64,000 bases of DNA. It comes from Candidatus Bathyarchaeota archaeon (GTDB lineage Archaea; Thermoproteota; Bathyarchaeia; Bathyarchaeales; Bathycorpusculaceae). The translations under genes were made by a program, and so were the position numbers. Shown piece after piece: positions 37,241-47,760 of this stretch. The notes under the pieces are model-generated. The model worked only from the letters and a program-made list of their open reading frames with translations. It was not told the origin of the DNA and did no database searches. Where the stretch lies: positions 397,397 through 461,396 of the forward strand of contig CAWHDT010000003.1 in assembly GCA_963828195.1 (NCBI GenBank), in the 5' to 3' direction. Position 1 is the stretch's first letter. Each line of letters begins with the position of its first letter.

Positions 37241-38476
37241 TTATTCAGATATTTCATCCTTAGCAGATTTTTTAAAGAAACCAGCGGTTGAACGGCTAAA
37301 TATGAAAATTAACAGCACAGAAGCAATGCCGATTAAGATACCTACAACTACCGTAAAGATGAACATCGAAAAATACTGGTTATTGAGGCTTACAATTGAT
37401 TGCCCGTTTGAGTTGTAGATGCTATAGATTACGTTGGCAGTTGCTTCAAGAATAAAACCGGACCACACAACAGTGACAATTAAAGCGATGTTGCGCAGTA
37501 ATTTTGGGTCTCTTCCAAAGTATAAACGTACACTTCTTCCCGCAAAAACTATGGTTAGACCCACCACTAGAAGGTCAACAATGCCTTTGATAAAGAAAGT
37601 AACTATCTTTGGAGTAATAGCTATCCATCCTGCAAAATCAGTGGGAAACGGTCCAGCGTTAATGTTGACGTTTGCTACTCCAAGATAGACGCTGACAGCG
37701 ATGCATAAGATTCCCGCGAAAACCATGTAATTTGACATTTGCATTCGCAGGGGCGGCGGTGAATAGTCTTTTACCCATTTATAGACGTCTTTAGCTGATC
37801 TGTCAACGCCAAAGCCTTTGATAAGTAAGAAACCGCCCAGCACAATTACAAAGGCAATTCCGTAGTAGTCAATGGCGCCTGGGTAAACGAAATTGTTGAT
37901 AGCCCAAAGAATACCGAAAATTAAAACCAGCAATCCAGGCAAACCTAATGCCATACGTGCATACCGCGGGTTATTGACCAGCAGCCGGACATATTTTGTG
38001 AAGACAGCAGCGGTCTCCTCGATTGATTCACTATGCTTTATAACTATCCGTCTAACTGACGAAACAGGCACCCTGGATTCAACAAGAGGCAAAATTGCCT
38101 CGTCAGAATAACCGTCACTAACCAGAATCACTTCATTAGCATTAAAAGTGTCAAGTAAATTATTTAATTCGCCAACTAATTTTCTGTCCGCGCTTACGCC
38201 GCCCAGCTCAGAACCTGTTATTGTAGCGACTTCAAACATTTCCTCCGGCTGCTTTTCGTTTTGTAGCCTATCATAAAGCCGCACAGCCTCGAACATGGCG
38301 TTTGCATCTGGTTCTTCAGGGTCTTTTAAAGCTAAGGCAACTGCGCCGTCTAAGTTTGCGGTTCTTCCAAGAAGAGGCGTTTTTATTCCCGTTTTTACTT
38401 CGATGTCGCCGTCTCTGTCAACGCATAAAATTAGGATACGCTTTTGCGTTTGTTCTTGCGTTTCCTTCTTAGCCAT
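37241..38476 (-). CDS. DUF373 family membrane protein
   Basis: LILCVDRDGD, DPEEPDANA, VSDG..DE, multiple TM segments. Confidence 0.9.
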   Translation of the reverse strand: MAKKETQEQTQKRILILCVDRDGDIEVKTGIKTPLLGRTANLDGAVALALKDPEEPDANAMFEAVRLYDRLQNEKQPEEMFEVATITGSELGGVSADRKLVGELNNLLDTFNANEVILVSDGYSDEAILPLVESRVPVSSVRRIVIKHSESIEETAAVFTKYVRLLVNNPRYARMALGLPGLLVLIFGILWAINNFVYPGAIDYYGIAFVIVLGGFLLIKGFGVDRSAKDVYKWVKDYSPPPLRMQMSNYMVFAGILCIAVSVYLGVANVNINAGPFPTDFAGWIAITPKIVTFFIKGIVDLLVVGLTIVFAGRSVRLYFGRDPKLLRNIALIVTVVWSGFILEATANVIYSIYNSNGQSIVSLNNQYFSMFIFTVVVGILIGIASVLLIFIFSRSTAGFFKKSAKDEISE

Positions 38477-38511
38477 CTACATCTCTATTCCCTTTATACT
38501 GGCATTTAACT

Positions 38512-39534
38512 TTAATCTTGTGTTTTAGAATCGTCTTCTTCGTCGTCGCCCATAAGGAGTTGAAATTCATTCCAATTTAGTTTTTCGCCTTTCTGCAGCT
38601 TCTCTCGAGCTTCAGCCCCAAGTTTTTCTTTGATAGCCTGCTGTTTCTCTTTAACCGCCAGCTGTTTTTCTTTAGCATCTTGCTGTCTTTCTTTATCTGC
38701 CTGTTCTCTTTCTTTATAAGCCTGCTGAGCCGCTATCCGCCTAACTTTATCTTCTTCCCACATGGAAGCTCTCAAACCCTGCAGTTGCCCCGTTAACTCT
38801 GCGATTTTCACTTGAAAACCAAGAATGTCCTCCTTGGCTTTTACATAAGCTTGATGTAGGCTGTCAGCTTGGGCTTTGCTTATTTTGGCAGTGTTCACTT
38901 TTTCGATCATTTTGGTATGTATTTCTTGGCTTTTTTTGGCTAAATCAGTTAATGCGTTATGGATAACGTCTGCTTCAGCTTCGATGGTTTGCCGTTGCGA
39001 CATTAATTCCTTGATTTTTTTGTGTTTAGCATCAATTTTCTTGTAAGCGCTAAGTAGAGTTTCAAGCTCCTTGACGTTCTCAATTAATCCTTTTTCCTCC
39101 TGCAAATCAAGAGTAGTGGTTTGAATCTTCCACTCAATTGCGTCAAGTTCCTCTTGCAAATCCTGCTGCCTTTCCCGTGGCACTCCTTTTTTAAGTAAAT
39201 CAATTTTTTCTTTTATGACGTTTATTTTCTCGGTGATTGGAGCAGTTTTAGCTCTAATTTCGTCTCTTTGCTGTTTTAGCATCTTCACTTTTTCATTGAT
39301 GCCGTCGCGCTCGGTTTTCAACTCGTCAATTTCCAGTCGGATCTGCTTTACCTGGTCGTTTAGCTGGTTTCTCTGCTCGATGAACTTTGTGGTTTGAGCA
39401 TATGCAGTATTTGCTTGCTCTCTTAGTTTTTCGATTTGCTGATGTAGATCTTCTATTTTAATGGGTTTTTGTTGCTCTGACATTTGCATTGCCTCTAATG
39501 CAGTTGAAGTTAATGAGCTTTGTTGCTTAAGCAT
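38512..39534 (-). CDS. Archaeal coiled-coil protein (COG1340-like)
   Basis: Heptads, IEWKIQTTTL..EE, KLQKGEKL. The start is likely near 39483-39489. Confidence 0.85.
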   Translation of the reverse strand: MLKQQSSLTSTALEAMQMSEQQKPIKIEDLHQQIEKLREQANTAYAQTTKFIEQRNQLNDQVKQIRLEIDELKTERDGINEKVKMLKQQRDEIRAKTAPITEKINVIKEKIDLLKKGVPRERQQDLQEELDAIEWKIQTTTLDLQEEKGLIENVKELETLLSAYKKIDAKHKKIKELMSQRQTIEAEADVIHNALTDLAKKSQEIHTKMIEKVNTAKISKAQADSLHQAYVKAKEDILGFQVKIAELTGQLQGLRASMWEEDKVRRIAAQQAYKEREQADKERQQDAKEKQLAVKEKQQAIKEKLGAEAREKLQKGEKLNWNEFQLLMGDDEEDDSKTQD

Positions 39535-39627
39535 TTATAATGATTTTCTGTACAAACTATGTAGTTCACATGGAAAAACAGCAGTTTTAAGATTATAATT
39601 TTTAAATACAGGCGGGACAATGGGTTA

Positions 39628-40053
39628 GTGAGCTGTAGAGTTATGACGTTTAATTACGAGGATTTACTGAAGAAGGCTTGCGCTCAAATGCCTGAAGTTT
39701 CCGCGAAACATGAGCGCTTGGAACTGCCCAACCTAATGGTTAATACAGTCGGTATGCGAACCATCATTTCCAATTTCAAAGAAGTTGCCGACGCTTTAGA
39801 CAGGGATCCTCAACATATTCTGAAGTTTTTAACTCGGGAAATGGCGACGGCAGCCACTTTCCAAGATTCAAGAGCGATTTTTCAGGGAAAATTTCGCCGC
39901 GACAGCTTTGAACGTTTGCTGCAGAGATACATGGAAAATTACGTTGTTTGCCCCATCTGCAAACGCCCCGACACCAGAATAGTTAAGGAGAAACGCTTGT
40001 CTTTTCTAGTTTGCAACGCTTGCGGCGCTAAATCAGCAATTAAACAGTTGTAG
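39628..40053 (+). CDS. eif2b: Translation initiation factor aIF-2 beta subunit
   Basis: TIISNF..LDRDPQH..CPICKRPDT..CNACGA. Confidence 0.95.
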   Translation: MSCRVMTFNYEDLLKKACAQMPEVSAKHERLELPNLMVNTVGMRTIISNFKEVADALDRDPQHILKFLTREMATAATFQDSRAIFQGKFRRDSFERLLQRYMENYVVCPICKRPDTRIVKEKRLSFLVCNACGAKSAIKQL

Positions 40054-40063
40054 GCGACCCCAA

Positions 40064-40360
40064 TTGGATGTCTATGCGAACCTTAAGAAAGCAGGCAGCA
40101 ACGTGCTTTTAGCCGTCTGCGACTGCGAACTTCTTGGCAGAACTCTCAGGGACGGCAAAATCGTTTTTCATATTAAAGAAGAATTTTATAATGGAAGAAA
40201 AGCCACGGTTGATGAAGCTATGGGAATGATTGATAATTCAACCATAGTTAATCTCGTTGGCAAATGCTGCGTAGAAAAAGCCATATCGCAGGGGTATGTT
40301 CATCCTGACGCCGTTTTGAACATAGCTGGCGTACCTCATGCTCAAATCATGAAGCTTTGA
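40064..40360 (+). CDS. DUF424 family protein
   Basis: LLAVCDCELLG..FYNG..NLVG..GVPHAQ. Confidence 0.9.
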   Translation: MDVYANLKKAGSNVLLAVCDCELLGRTLRDGKIVFHIKEEFYNGRKATVDEAMGMIDNSTIVNLVGKCCVEKAISQGYVHPDAVLNIAGVPHAQIMKL

Positions 40361-40378
40361 TTAGACCGATCTTTGTTT

Positions 40379-40843
40379 CTATTGGTTGTTAAACTGTTTT
40401 TTTGAGGCGGCAGTCAATATTATGCCTGCTAAGGAAAAGAGCATCTGCAAAACTATCAGAGGTACTGCAGAGATAAAAGGCGGTATCATGGTGGCTCCGT
40501 TCGTCGGCGGAATGTAATACAAGACGGTCGCTTCAACTAGGCATGAAGCAGAAATAAAAGAAATCCCCGTCACCGATAAAGCAAAATGTTTTCTTATTAT
40601 GATGTATGCGATGCCACTCCAGCCGAAGGCGAGAGCTAAGACGCCGAACCATGCCATAGCAGAGTACCCCGCGTAGCTGTATCCAGAATAGTAGATGCTT
40701 GGTTGCTGATGATTAATGCTTTGAGTGAACCCTGAAATAGTATAAGCCAAGGTAATGAGGGACGCGATAGCTGCCGATGAACCAGCTGCAATGGGGAAAG
40801 ATTGATGTTTTATGGTACTGGAATTTGCCATGGTGCAATCCAC
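40379..40843 (-). CDS. Hypothetical 4-TM membrane protein
   Basis: Hydrophobic segments. Confidence 0.6.
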   Translation of the reverse strand: MDCTMANSSTIKHQSFPIAAGSSAAIASLITLAYTISGFTQSINHQQPSIYYSGYSYAGYSAMAWFGVLALAFGWSGIAYIIIRKHFALSVTGISFISASCLVEATVLYYIPPTNGATMIPPFISAVPLIVLQMLFSLAGIILTAASKKQFNNQ

Positions 40844-41271
40844 CCGAGTGTTAAGGTAACGTTTGTAGGCGGGCTTCCAGTGTAGGTTACGTTGCCGTCT
40901 ACGTATGTTGATGCGTCACCAGGCACGGAGTAACCTCCGAAAATGGGTCCTAAAGAGGGCTCTTGGCCGAAATACAAGTTGGTTGAATTCAAGATCACGC
41001 TGCCTCTTGAAAGGGTAACGTTGACGTAGCAGCCGTGAGCTGTCACATTTCCAGCGTTATAAACGTAGCCTGTTACTTGAACTGTGCCTTGACGGTTATC
41101 TGAATAGCCTAAACTGACGTTAACGAGTTTTGGAGCCTGCAAATCATTTATCTGATTCTGCAAATTGGCAGTCTGAATCGAATAAAAGATCGATGTTAAA
41201 GATACCGCCGCAATCACGCATAAGCCAATAATAATTAACGCAAAGTTGTCACGGGTTTTCTTCTGAACCAA
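40810..41271 (-). CDS. Membrane-anchored Ig-like (FxLYD/CARDB-like) protein
   Basis: TM, short coil, VTGYVYNAGNVTA. Confidence 0.6.
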   Translation of the reverse strand: MVQKKTRDNFALIIIGLCVIAAVSLTSIFYSIQTANLQNQINDLQAPKLVNVSLGYSDNRQGTVQVTGYVYNAGNVTAHGCYVNVTLSRGSVILNSTNLYFGQEPSLGPIFGGYSVPGDASTYVDGNVTYTGSPPTNVTLTLGWIAPWQIPVP

Positions 41272-41382
41272 ATCATCTGCCTCTTCTCGCGCCAGTGTAT
41301 TTTCAACCTTCAGCCTTAAAGATTTTGTGCTGAACCCGCGGAGCCTTCGAATTCGGGGTTATGGCATAAAATTTAATTAACG

Positions 41383-42768
41383 TTGGTTCACACATGTACT
41401 TCAAAACCTCCGAGCCTTCATATGAAAGTTAACTCAAAAATAGCTATCTCAAAACGTCTCCTCGCCGTTCTCCTTATAGCTGTGCTTGCGTTGTCCGCTT
41501 TTAACACTTACCTCATTTTTAAGCGGCCAAACAGCCCTGATTCTGGCGCTTTAAGCTACGATTTTGTCCTTTCCCAAAACGGCAACAATTACCAATTAAC
41601 AAACATGTTAACAGGTTCCACAAGTTTATCAAGCAGCGCTTCATCCGCCCTTAATTCGGTGTTCAGCCAGGGGAACTCTGTTTACCTTAACCCTGGAACA
41701 TACACTTTAAGCGGCGACGTTTCGATTTCCAACAAAATGGACGCCCAAATCGTCGGGAACGGAGCAACCATAATCGGCAACGGATACAAAATAATCATTT
41801 ACGGCGACAACTACACCACTTCGCAGTTCGCCTCCGTTTCGGGCTTAACAATAATAAATGGAACTGTGCGAGTTGAAAACTCGTTTGGAACCACGATTTC
41901 CAATATGATTTTCGAGAACACATCAGTCGGCGTCGAATTGGCAAACACAAACACTTGGAGTGAAGACACAAAAATCGAGGATTGCAGCTTCATAAACGCC
42001 ACCGAAGGCATAGATTTCCAAACGCCAGTCGGCAATGCTACAGGTTCTTATGACAGTTCAGTAATTGACAGTTGCTTCTTCAACATAAGGGATAACTCTG
42101 TCGGCATCAGCGTTGAACCGTTAGCTGAGCTTTCTGACAGCCAACTGCAGGATGTCCGATTTTGGATGGGGCAAGATGGAGTTACCAATCAGACTGGGCT
42201 TTCAGATGCCGGCTCAATGGATCAAACGCAGCTGTTCGGCGTAGTGTTCGAGTCCTTCACCAACGTGCCAAATGACATGTTCGCCATGGATCTGGGGCAA
42301 ACCTGCATTTATCCCCCAACCATCGACAGCGGCGTCAGCTTTCTGGGCAATTGGACAGCAGCTATCCATAACCCATATGGCATATGGATTTCCGGCGTCG
42401 GCACCGCCTTTGAAAAACAAAACATCAACGTACCGGTGGGCGTAAATGGTCAGTACGGCGCCAACGTGACGATTCAAACGTTGCCGCTTCAAATCTTCAC
42501 TTTCGAACCTGAAATTCAAGTCAACGGCAGCTTCAACAACAACGAAACCGTAACCGTTAGAATCCGCCTGGTATTCGCTGACAACGTAGTCTCAAACGGG
42601 GTAACGCAGACCTTCACCAGCAGCGGAGCAACGTGGCTAAGCAACGACCAAATGATGCAGCTGTACCCCTCGCAAGACATAATTTTAGGCGTCGTAATTG
42701 ATGCGCAATCAAGCGCCAGCTCCACAAACGCTGTGGTCACAGTCAGCGGCTACGGCACAGCAGGATAA
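41383..42768 (+). CDS. Secreted or anchored beta-helix protein
   Basis: N-terminal TM, VYLNPGTY..I..GNGATI, Asn-rich repeats. Confidence 0.75.
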   Translation: MVHTCTSKPPSLHMKVNSKIAISKRLLAVLLIAVLALSAFNTYLIFKRPNSPDSGALSYDFVLSQNGNNYQLTNMLTGSTSLSSSASSALNSVFSQGNSVYLNPGTYTLSGDVSISNKMDAQIVGNGATIIGNGYKIIIYGDNYTTSQFASVSGLTIINGTVRVENSFGTTISNMIFENTSVGVELANTNTWSEDTKIEDCSFINATEGIDFQTPVGNATGSYDSSVIDSCFFNIRDNSVGISVEPLAELSDSQLQDVRFWMGQDGVTNQTGLSDAGSMDQTQLFGVVFESFTNVPNDMFAMDLGQTCIYPPTIDSGVSFLGNWTAAIHNPYGIWISGVGTAFEKQNINVPVGVNGQYGANVTIQTLPLQIFTFEPEIQVNGSFNNNETVTVRIRLVFADNVVSNGVTQTFTSSGATWLSNDQMMQLYPSQDIILGVVIDAQSSASSTNAVVTVSGYGTAG

Positions 42769-42993
42769 TTTTGAAAGAACAACAACACCCGAAAAACAAC
42801 TGTTGTTCTTCTCGGCAATATTTATTCAAAAGAAGAAGAAGCTGGTGAAAACAATTTTTCTTCTTCTTCTTCCGTCATTTGCTTTTTGTGGCGGTTTTCT
42901 GGCGTAAATAGCGGGTAGGTCTATAGGTAGAGCGGTTTCGGATTCAGGGCATTTTTAGTTTAATTTTCGATTAGGGCTTGAATCAGAGTTTTA
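42753..42993 (+). repeat. Dispersed ~240-bp structured non-coding element, copy 2
   Basis: Homologous to the reverse complement of 36061-36294. Three hairpins. Confidence 0.88.
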
Positions 42994-43029
42994 CTGCGCG
43001 GAGTGCATTAAAGGTACTTCAGCAGAATT

Positions 43030-44253
43030 TTAAGCTCTTTTTTTGGCGCTTACGATGCTTATTACGTCTCGGTCTTTGAGGATGGCGTCTTCGCCGATTC
43101 TTCTTTTGTCTCGTGCGTCGATGGCGTAGAGGAAGCTTTCTCCAAGTTCCGTGTGTATCAAGTATGCGAATTGATGCGCGGTTGTTCCCTTAGGAATGAG
43201 GTAAGCGTCAGGCAGCACTCTGCCGTTGTGGTCTGAGAGGTGCTCTAAATCTTCCACGGGGTAAACGGTTATCATGTTGAGAAGTTTGAAGTAAGCTGTG
43301 TTCATCGCGTCTTGGATGCCTGTTGAGCCTTTTTTCTGGAGCACTTTTTCACGTATAGCTTCCAGAGCCTTAATCTGGCCTGGTGTCAATTTTTCGGGGT
43401 GAGATATCTTGAAGTCGGAGTCGCCCGGTTTATAATCGATTAACTGTTTTTCGGCTGCGCGTCTAAGTGCAAGTTCCGCTTCGGCGGAGCACGGGATAAC
43501 TGTGTAATCAAGCTTCTTCATGCGTTCCAAGTTAGCTTCAGCCGATGGCAAATCAATCTTGTTCGCCACAATCAACATGGGCTTTGACAGCCGCCTTAAA
43601 TTGTCTACAAATCGGTAGAAGTCTTCGTCAGTCCACGTTGCGGGTTTGTCAACATTCAAATTTGCCCTTCTTATAGCCTCAGCAACATATTGTTTTCTTA
43701 TGCCTAAACCCGTTAAACGCTCTTCCAGCGGCGTGGTGATGCCTTTTTTGTCAGCTTCCGCTGTCCGGGCAATCTTCGACCAATCCTTCTTAAGAATAGC
43801 CACCATCCACATCGTTATTTCACGTTCTAAGAACTGCACGTCCTCAAGCGGGTCGTGCTCGCCGGGTTTGCAGCTTTTTCCTTCGCAGTCTGTCCCGCCT
43901 GAAGCGTCAACTACATGGATAAGGGCGTCTGCCCTGCGGATTTCGTCTAAGAACTGGTTTCCTAAGCCTTTTCCCTCCCAGGCGCCTGGAACAATACCTG
44001 CAATGTCGATTAGTTCGACGGGCACAAGCCTTACGCCGTCTAGGCATAGCGAGTTTTTAGGGTTATCTTGCACTTTGAATTCTTCATGAACACAGGGCGT
44101 ACGTACGTAGCCAACTCCCCTGTTAGGCTTAATTGTGGTGAAAGGATAATTCGCTATTTCAGCCGCCACCAAGGTTGCTGCGCTGAAGAATGTGGATTTT
44201 CCCGTGTTCGGTTTCCCAACGACTCCGAGTAATCGTGAATAAGACTTTTGCAT
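43030..44253 (-). CDS. ychF: Obg/YchF-like translation-associated GTPase with TGS domain
   Basis: GKPNTGKST, YPFTT, DIAG, NKID, TGS. Confidence 0.9.
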   Translation of the reverse strand: MQKSYSRLLGVVGKPNTGKSTFFSAATLVAAEIANYPFTTIKPNRGVGYVRTPCVHEEFKVQDNPKNSLCLDGVRLVPVELIDIAGIVPGAWEGKGLGNQFLDEIRRADALIHVVDASGGTDCEGKSCKPGEHDPLEDVQFLEREITMWMVAILKKDWSKIARTAEADKKGITTPLEERLTGLGIRKQYVAEAIRRANLNVDKPATWTDEDFYRFVDNLRRLSKPMLIVANKIDLPSAEANLERMKKLDYTVIPCSAEAELALRRAAEKQLIDYKPGDSDFKISHPEKLTPGQIKALEAIREKVLQKKGSTGIQDAMNTAYFKLLNMITVYPVEDLEHLSDHNGRVLPDAYLIPKGTTAHQFAYLIHTELGESFLYAIDARDKRRIGEDAILKDRDVISIVSAKKRA

Positions 44254-44428
44254 GTGTTAATTCACTCTATAATGTTGTTGTGTATAGTGCTATATTATTT
44301 GCGCTTGCAAATTGGAACAGATATGTTTTGTTGTACAAGATACGCACACAACCGCTTAACCGACATTAATAATAAGTAAGTAACCAACCTACGTCTAACA
44401 TAAGCTCTAAAAAGGTAACTGAGGCAGC

Positions 44429-46945
44429 TTGAGGGGCAAAAAGCTATCAAAATTTCTCGTTATCGCAGTTATCTCCATGTTTATTATAAGCTGCTTTGTA
44501 CCGCTTCAAACCACCGCTGTAAAGGCAGATGATGTTTGGGTGGCTCAACCCATGCATATTGTGCAAAGTGTCAGCCCAATGAATTCACCTTCTGGCTATT
44601 CTCCAGCTGAAATAAAAAACGCTTATGGGCTTCCGTCTTCAGGGGGCAACGGGAGTACAATCGCCATAATAGACGCTTATTATACAAAGACAATATGGAA
44701 TGATTTAACCGCGTTTTCAAATCAATTTAATCTGCCACTTCCAACTAACAACACATTTGAGGTTTATAACATGTCTTCAACAATCAGCACAGCAAACGCA
44801 AATTGGGCAACAGAAACCTCTCTGGATGTTGAGTGGGCCCACGCTATTGCTCCTGAAGCTAAAATTTTGCTGGTGGAAGCAACCAACTCTGGAAACGGCC
44901 TTCTCCCAGCAATCAACTATGCCCGAAATCAACCAGGCGTCACCGCTATCTCTATGAGTTGGGGAGCCCCGGAATTCTCAGGAGAAACCAGCGACGACTC
45001 ATACTTTACCAGTAATTACGGCGCTGCCTTCTTCGCTTCTTCAGGAGACACTGGTGCGGGCGTAAGTTGGCCCGCTTGCTCACCAAATGTGGTTGGGGTA
45101 GGAGGAACCACTCTTAACCTTAATGCCACAGACGGAATGGTGATTTCTGAAACAGCTTGGAGCGACAGCGGCGGCGGATTAAGCTCCTATGAACATGCGC
45201 CTAATTACCAAACAAGCTACGGGTTGAACTATTCCACAAGAGCTGTTCCAGACGTTTCATACGACGCAAATCCACAGACGGGAGTTGCAGTTTGCTATAA
45301 TTCCGGGTGGATTATGGTTGGCGGAACAAGCATTGGTGCACCTCAGTGGGCAGCAATTTACGCTGATGGGCTTTCAGCAACAAACGCTAATCTTTATGGG
45401 AAAGCAAAATCAGCCTATTCCTCTTATTTTAGAGATATCACCTCAGGGTCAAACGGGCTCTATAATGCAACCGTAGGTTACGACCGCGTGACAGGGCTGG
45501 GCAGCCCCTTGACAGACAACTTTAATTCTGCACTTGCAGTTTTGCCCACTTCAGGTCCAGGTGGCGGCACAGTTACGCTTAGCGGAATGGGTTATACAGC
45601 TGGCAGTTCGGTAAATATTTCGTGCCTAAACCCAGTGAACAATTTGTGGATCCCCATTGTCAGTAACTATGCAACTGATTCCCAAGCGTTTAACTACACA
45701 TTTAACGTTCCCGACCTGCTGCAAAATAATCAGCCAGGCGACAACTCGCCGCTTTCTGAAAACCTTGTTTTCCAAGCCCAAGATAACAGCAACGGCAATT
45801 CCTACAATACTACTGTGCCATATACTGAATGGTTTAGAGGCTTATCGCAAATAGGCAACGTATCCGCAGCTGGTTTATTCGGCAACAACACGGACCTAAG
45901 TACAACTTTATTCGTTCAAAATGGTCAATCCCTAAATGTTGTTGGAGAATGGTTTAACCCTGGTACTGTTTCTTTGCTGTGGGATAACTCCATAAATGCG
46001 GGTACTTCAACAACTGACCCAACCGGGTTTCTCAATGCAACCATTATTGTGCCGACCACCGCTGCAGGGCAACATACACTGACCATAAACGATGGCGTAT
46101 CAAACTTCAGTGTTACCCTAACTCGTTTGCCGACCGTAACCAACGATTACGATGGTGCGTGGCACACTACAAATTTCACGATAAACTTGACCCCTGACTT
46201 CAACGTTACAGAAACCTTTTATCAAATTAATAATGGACCCATCTGCAACGTAACCGCTAATGGGCAGCCATTCATAACCAGCGAAGGCAGCAATAATACC
46301 CTTGAGTACTGGAGCACATGGAACATTTATGGGACAGGTTCAATGGAGCTTCCACCCGTGACGTTAACAGGGATTGAGCTGCAAACAACGCCGCCAACTG
46401 GCTCAATTCAAATAAACGGTGGTGCAACCTCCACGTCCTCAAGCGCTGTGACTCTAACCTTAACTGCTAATGATTCTCTGTCAGGCATCAGCCAAATCCG
46501 ATTCAGCAATGACGACACATGGAACCAGACAACTTGGGAACCTTATACAAACACCACGAGCTGGCAACTAACAGGTCAAGATGGAACAAACACAGTTTAC
46601 TGCGAAATTCAAGACAATGCAGGCTTAATAACAACTCTCAGCAGCTCAATAATTCTCAATACACCGCAGCCTGCCCCGACGCCCTCGCCTTTAACAACCA
46701 CAGAGCCCTTGGTCACGCCAAGTCCATCGCCAACCCCTATTCCTTCAGCTACAGCAAGTCCTTCAACCACCGCTTCTTCTTCGCCTCCTCCATTACCTTC
46801 ATCGTCTCCAGAACCCAAAGTGGTGCTTCAGACTCCGGAGTTAAGCATCCCAGTAATTCTTGTCTTGCTGGCGGTATCAACTATTGCTTTAATAGTCAAC
46901 GTCCTAAGAAAGCCGCGCGTTAATAGCAAGCCATCGCCAGCTTAA
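44429..46945 (+). CDS. Secreted S53 (sedolisin) peptidase with Ig-like domains, PT linker and TM anchor
   Basis: ETSLD (Glu/Asp), SSGD, GGTS (Ser), GYDRVTGLGSP. Confidence 0.9.
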   Translation: MRGKKLSKFLVIAVISMFIISCFVPLQTTAVKADDVWVAQPMHIVQSVSPMNSPSGYSPAEIKNAYGLPSSGGNGSTIAIIDAYYTKTIWNDLTAFSNQFNLPLPTNNTFEVYNMSSTISTANANWATETSLDVEWAHAIAPEAKILLVEATNSGNGLLPAINYARNQPGVTAISMSWGAPEFSGETSDDSYFTSNYGAAFFASSGDTGAGVSWPACSPNVVGVGGTTLNLNATDGMVISETAWSDSGGGLSSYEHAPNYQTSYGLNYSTRAVPDVSYDANPQTGVAVCYNSGWIMVGGTSIGAPQWAAIYADGLSATNANLYGKAKSAYSSYFRDITSGSNGLYNATVGYDRVTGLGSPLTDNFNSALAVLPTSGPGGGTVTLSGMGYTAGSSVNISCLNPVNNLWIPIVSNYATDSQAFNYTFNVPDLLQNNQPGDNSPLSENLVFQAQDNSNGNSYNTTVPYTEWFRGLSQIGNVSAAGLFGNNTDLSTTLFVQNGQSLNVVGEWFNPGTVSLLWDNSINAGTSTTDPTGFLNATIIVPTTAAGQHTLTINDGVSNFSVTLTRLPTVTNDYDGAWHTTNFTINLTPDFNVTETFYQINNGPICNVTANGQPFITSEGSNNTLEYWSTWNIYGTGSMELPPVTLTGIELQTTPPTGSIQINGGATSTSSSAVTLTLTANDSLSGISQIRFSNDDTWNQTTWEPYTNTTSWQLTGQDGTNTVYCEIQDNAGLITTLSSSIILNTPQPAPTPSPLTTTEPLVTPSPSPTPIPSATASPSTTASSSPPPLPSSSPEPKVVLQTPELSIPVILVLLAVSTIALIVNVLRKPRVNSKPSPA

Positions 46946-47005
46946 TATAAGCGTTGAATAGGTTTTTAAGGCTGGACAGTTTATTTTTCGGTCAGGTGTT
47001 CCATT

Positions 47006-47671
47006 ATGAAAATTGCTGAAGGAGTCCATCATATTGAAGGTATAAACGGCAACGTTTACCTTGTTGAAGATGGAGACAAATTAATTTTAATCGACACGGG
47101 TTTACCTCGAAGCGACAAAAAAATAACAAAGTACATTGAAGGTTTAGGTCGTAAGCCAACCGATGTTTCAACGATTATTTTAACCCATTTCCACATTGAC
47201 CACGTTGGAAGCGCCAAAAAAATGAAGGAATTGACAAATGCAAAGGTGGCGGTTCATGAGCTTGACGCTGATTACGTGGCTGGAAAGAAGGCGCCGCCTA
47301 AACCAAAAAATTTGATGTTTAAAGCCTTAAGCTCAGTCGTTAAAGCTTCACCTGTCGAGGTTGATTTGTTGCTGAAAGATAATGATAAGGTGGGCAGGTT
47401 GACCGTTATTCATACTCCTGGGCATTCTGAAGGAAGCATTGCCTTATTGGATTCAGAAAGAAAAGTCATGTTTGTCGGCGATACAATAAGATTTATGGAT
47501 GGGAAAATCACCGGTTCGCCTGAACACTTCACGTTAGATCCAGAAAAAGCAAAGGAATCCGCCAAGAAAATCTCAACGTTTGATTTTGACATTATGCTCA
47601 GCGGCCACGGCCAACCTTTGATGCCTGAGGCTTCTAAAAAAGTAAAGGACTATGCTGCTACCTTGAAGTAG
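47006..47671 (+). CDS. MBL-fold metallo-hydrolase
   Basis: THFHIDHVG, HTPGHS, GD, GHG. Confidence 0.93.
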   Translation: MKIAEGVHHIEGINGNVYLVEDGDKLILIDTGLPRSDKKITKYIEGLGRKPTDVSTIILTHFHIDHVGSAKKMKELTNAKVAVHELDADYVAGKKAPPKPKNLMFKALSSVVKASPVEVDLLLKDNDKVGRLTVIHTPGHSEGSIALLDSERKVMFVGDTIRFMDGKITGSPEHFTLDPEKAKESAKKISTFDFDIMLSGHGQPLMPEASKKVKDYAATLK

Positions 47672-47760
47672 TTTGGTTGCAGCAGCTTTCGTAAATCAAC
47701 AAATCAAAACAATATTTTTATTTAGACCTGCTTGGTTCTTTTAAAGAAGGTCAGATAATT

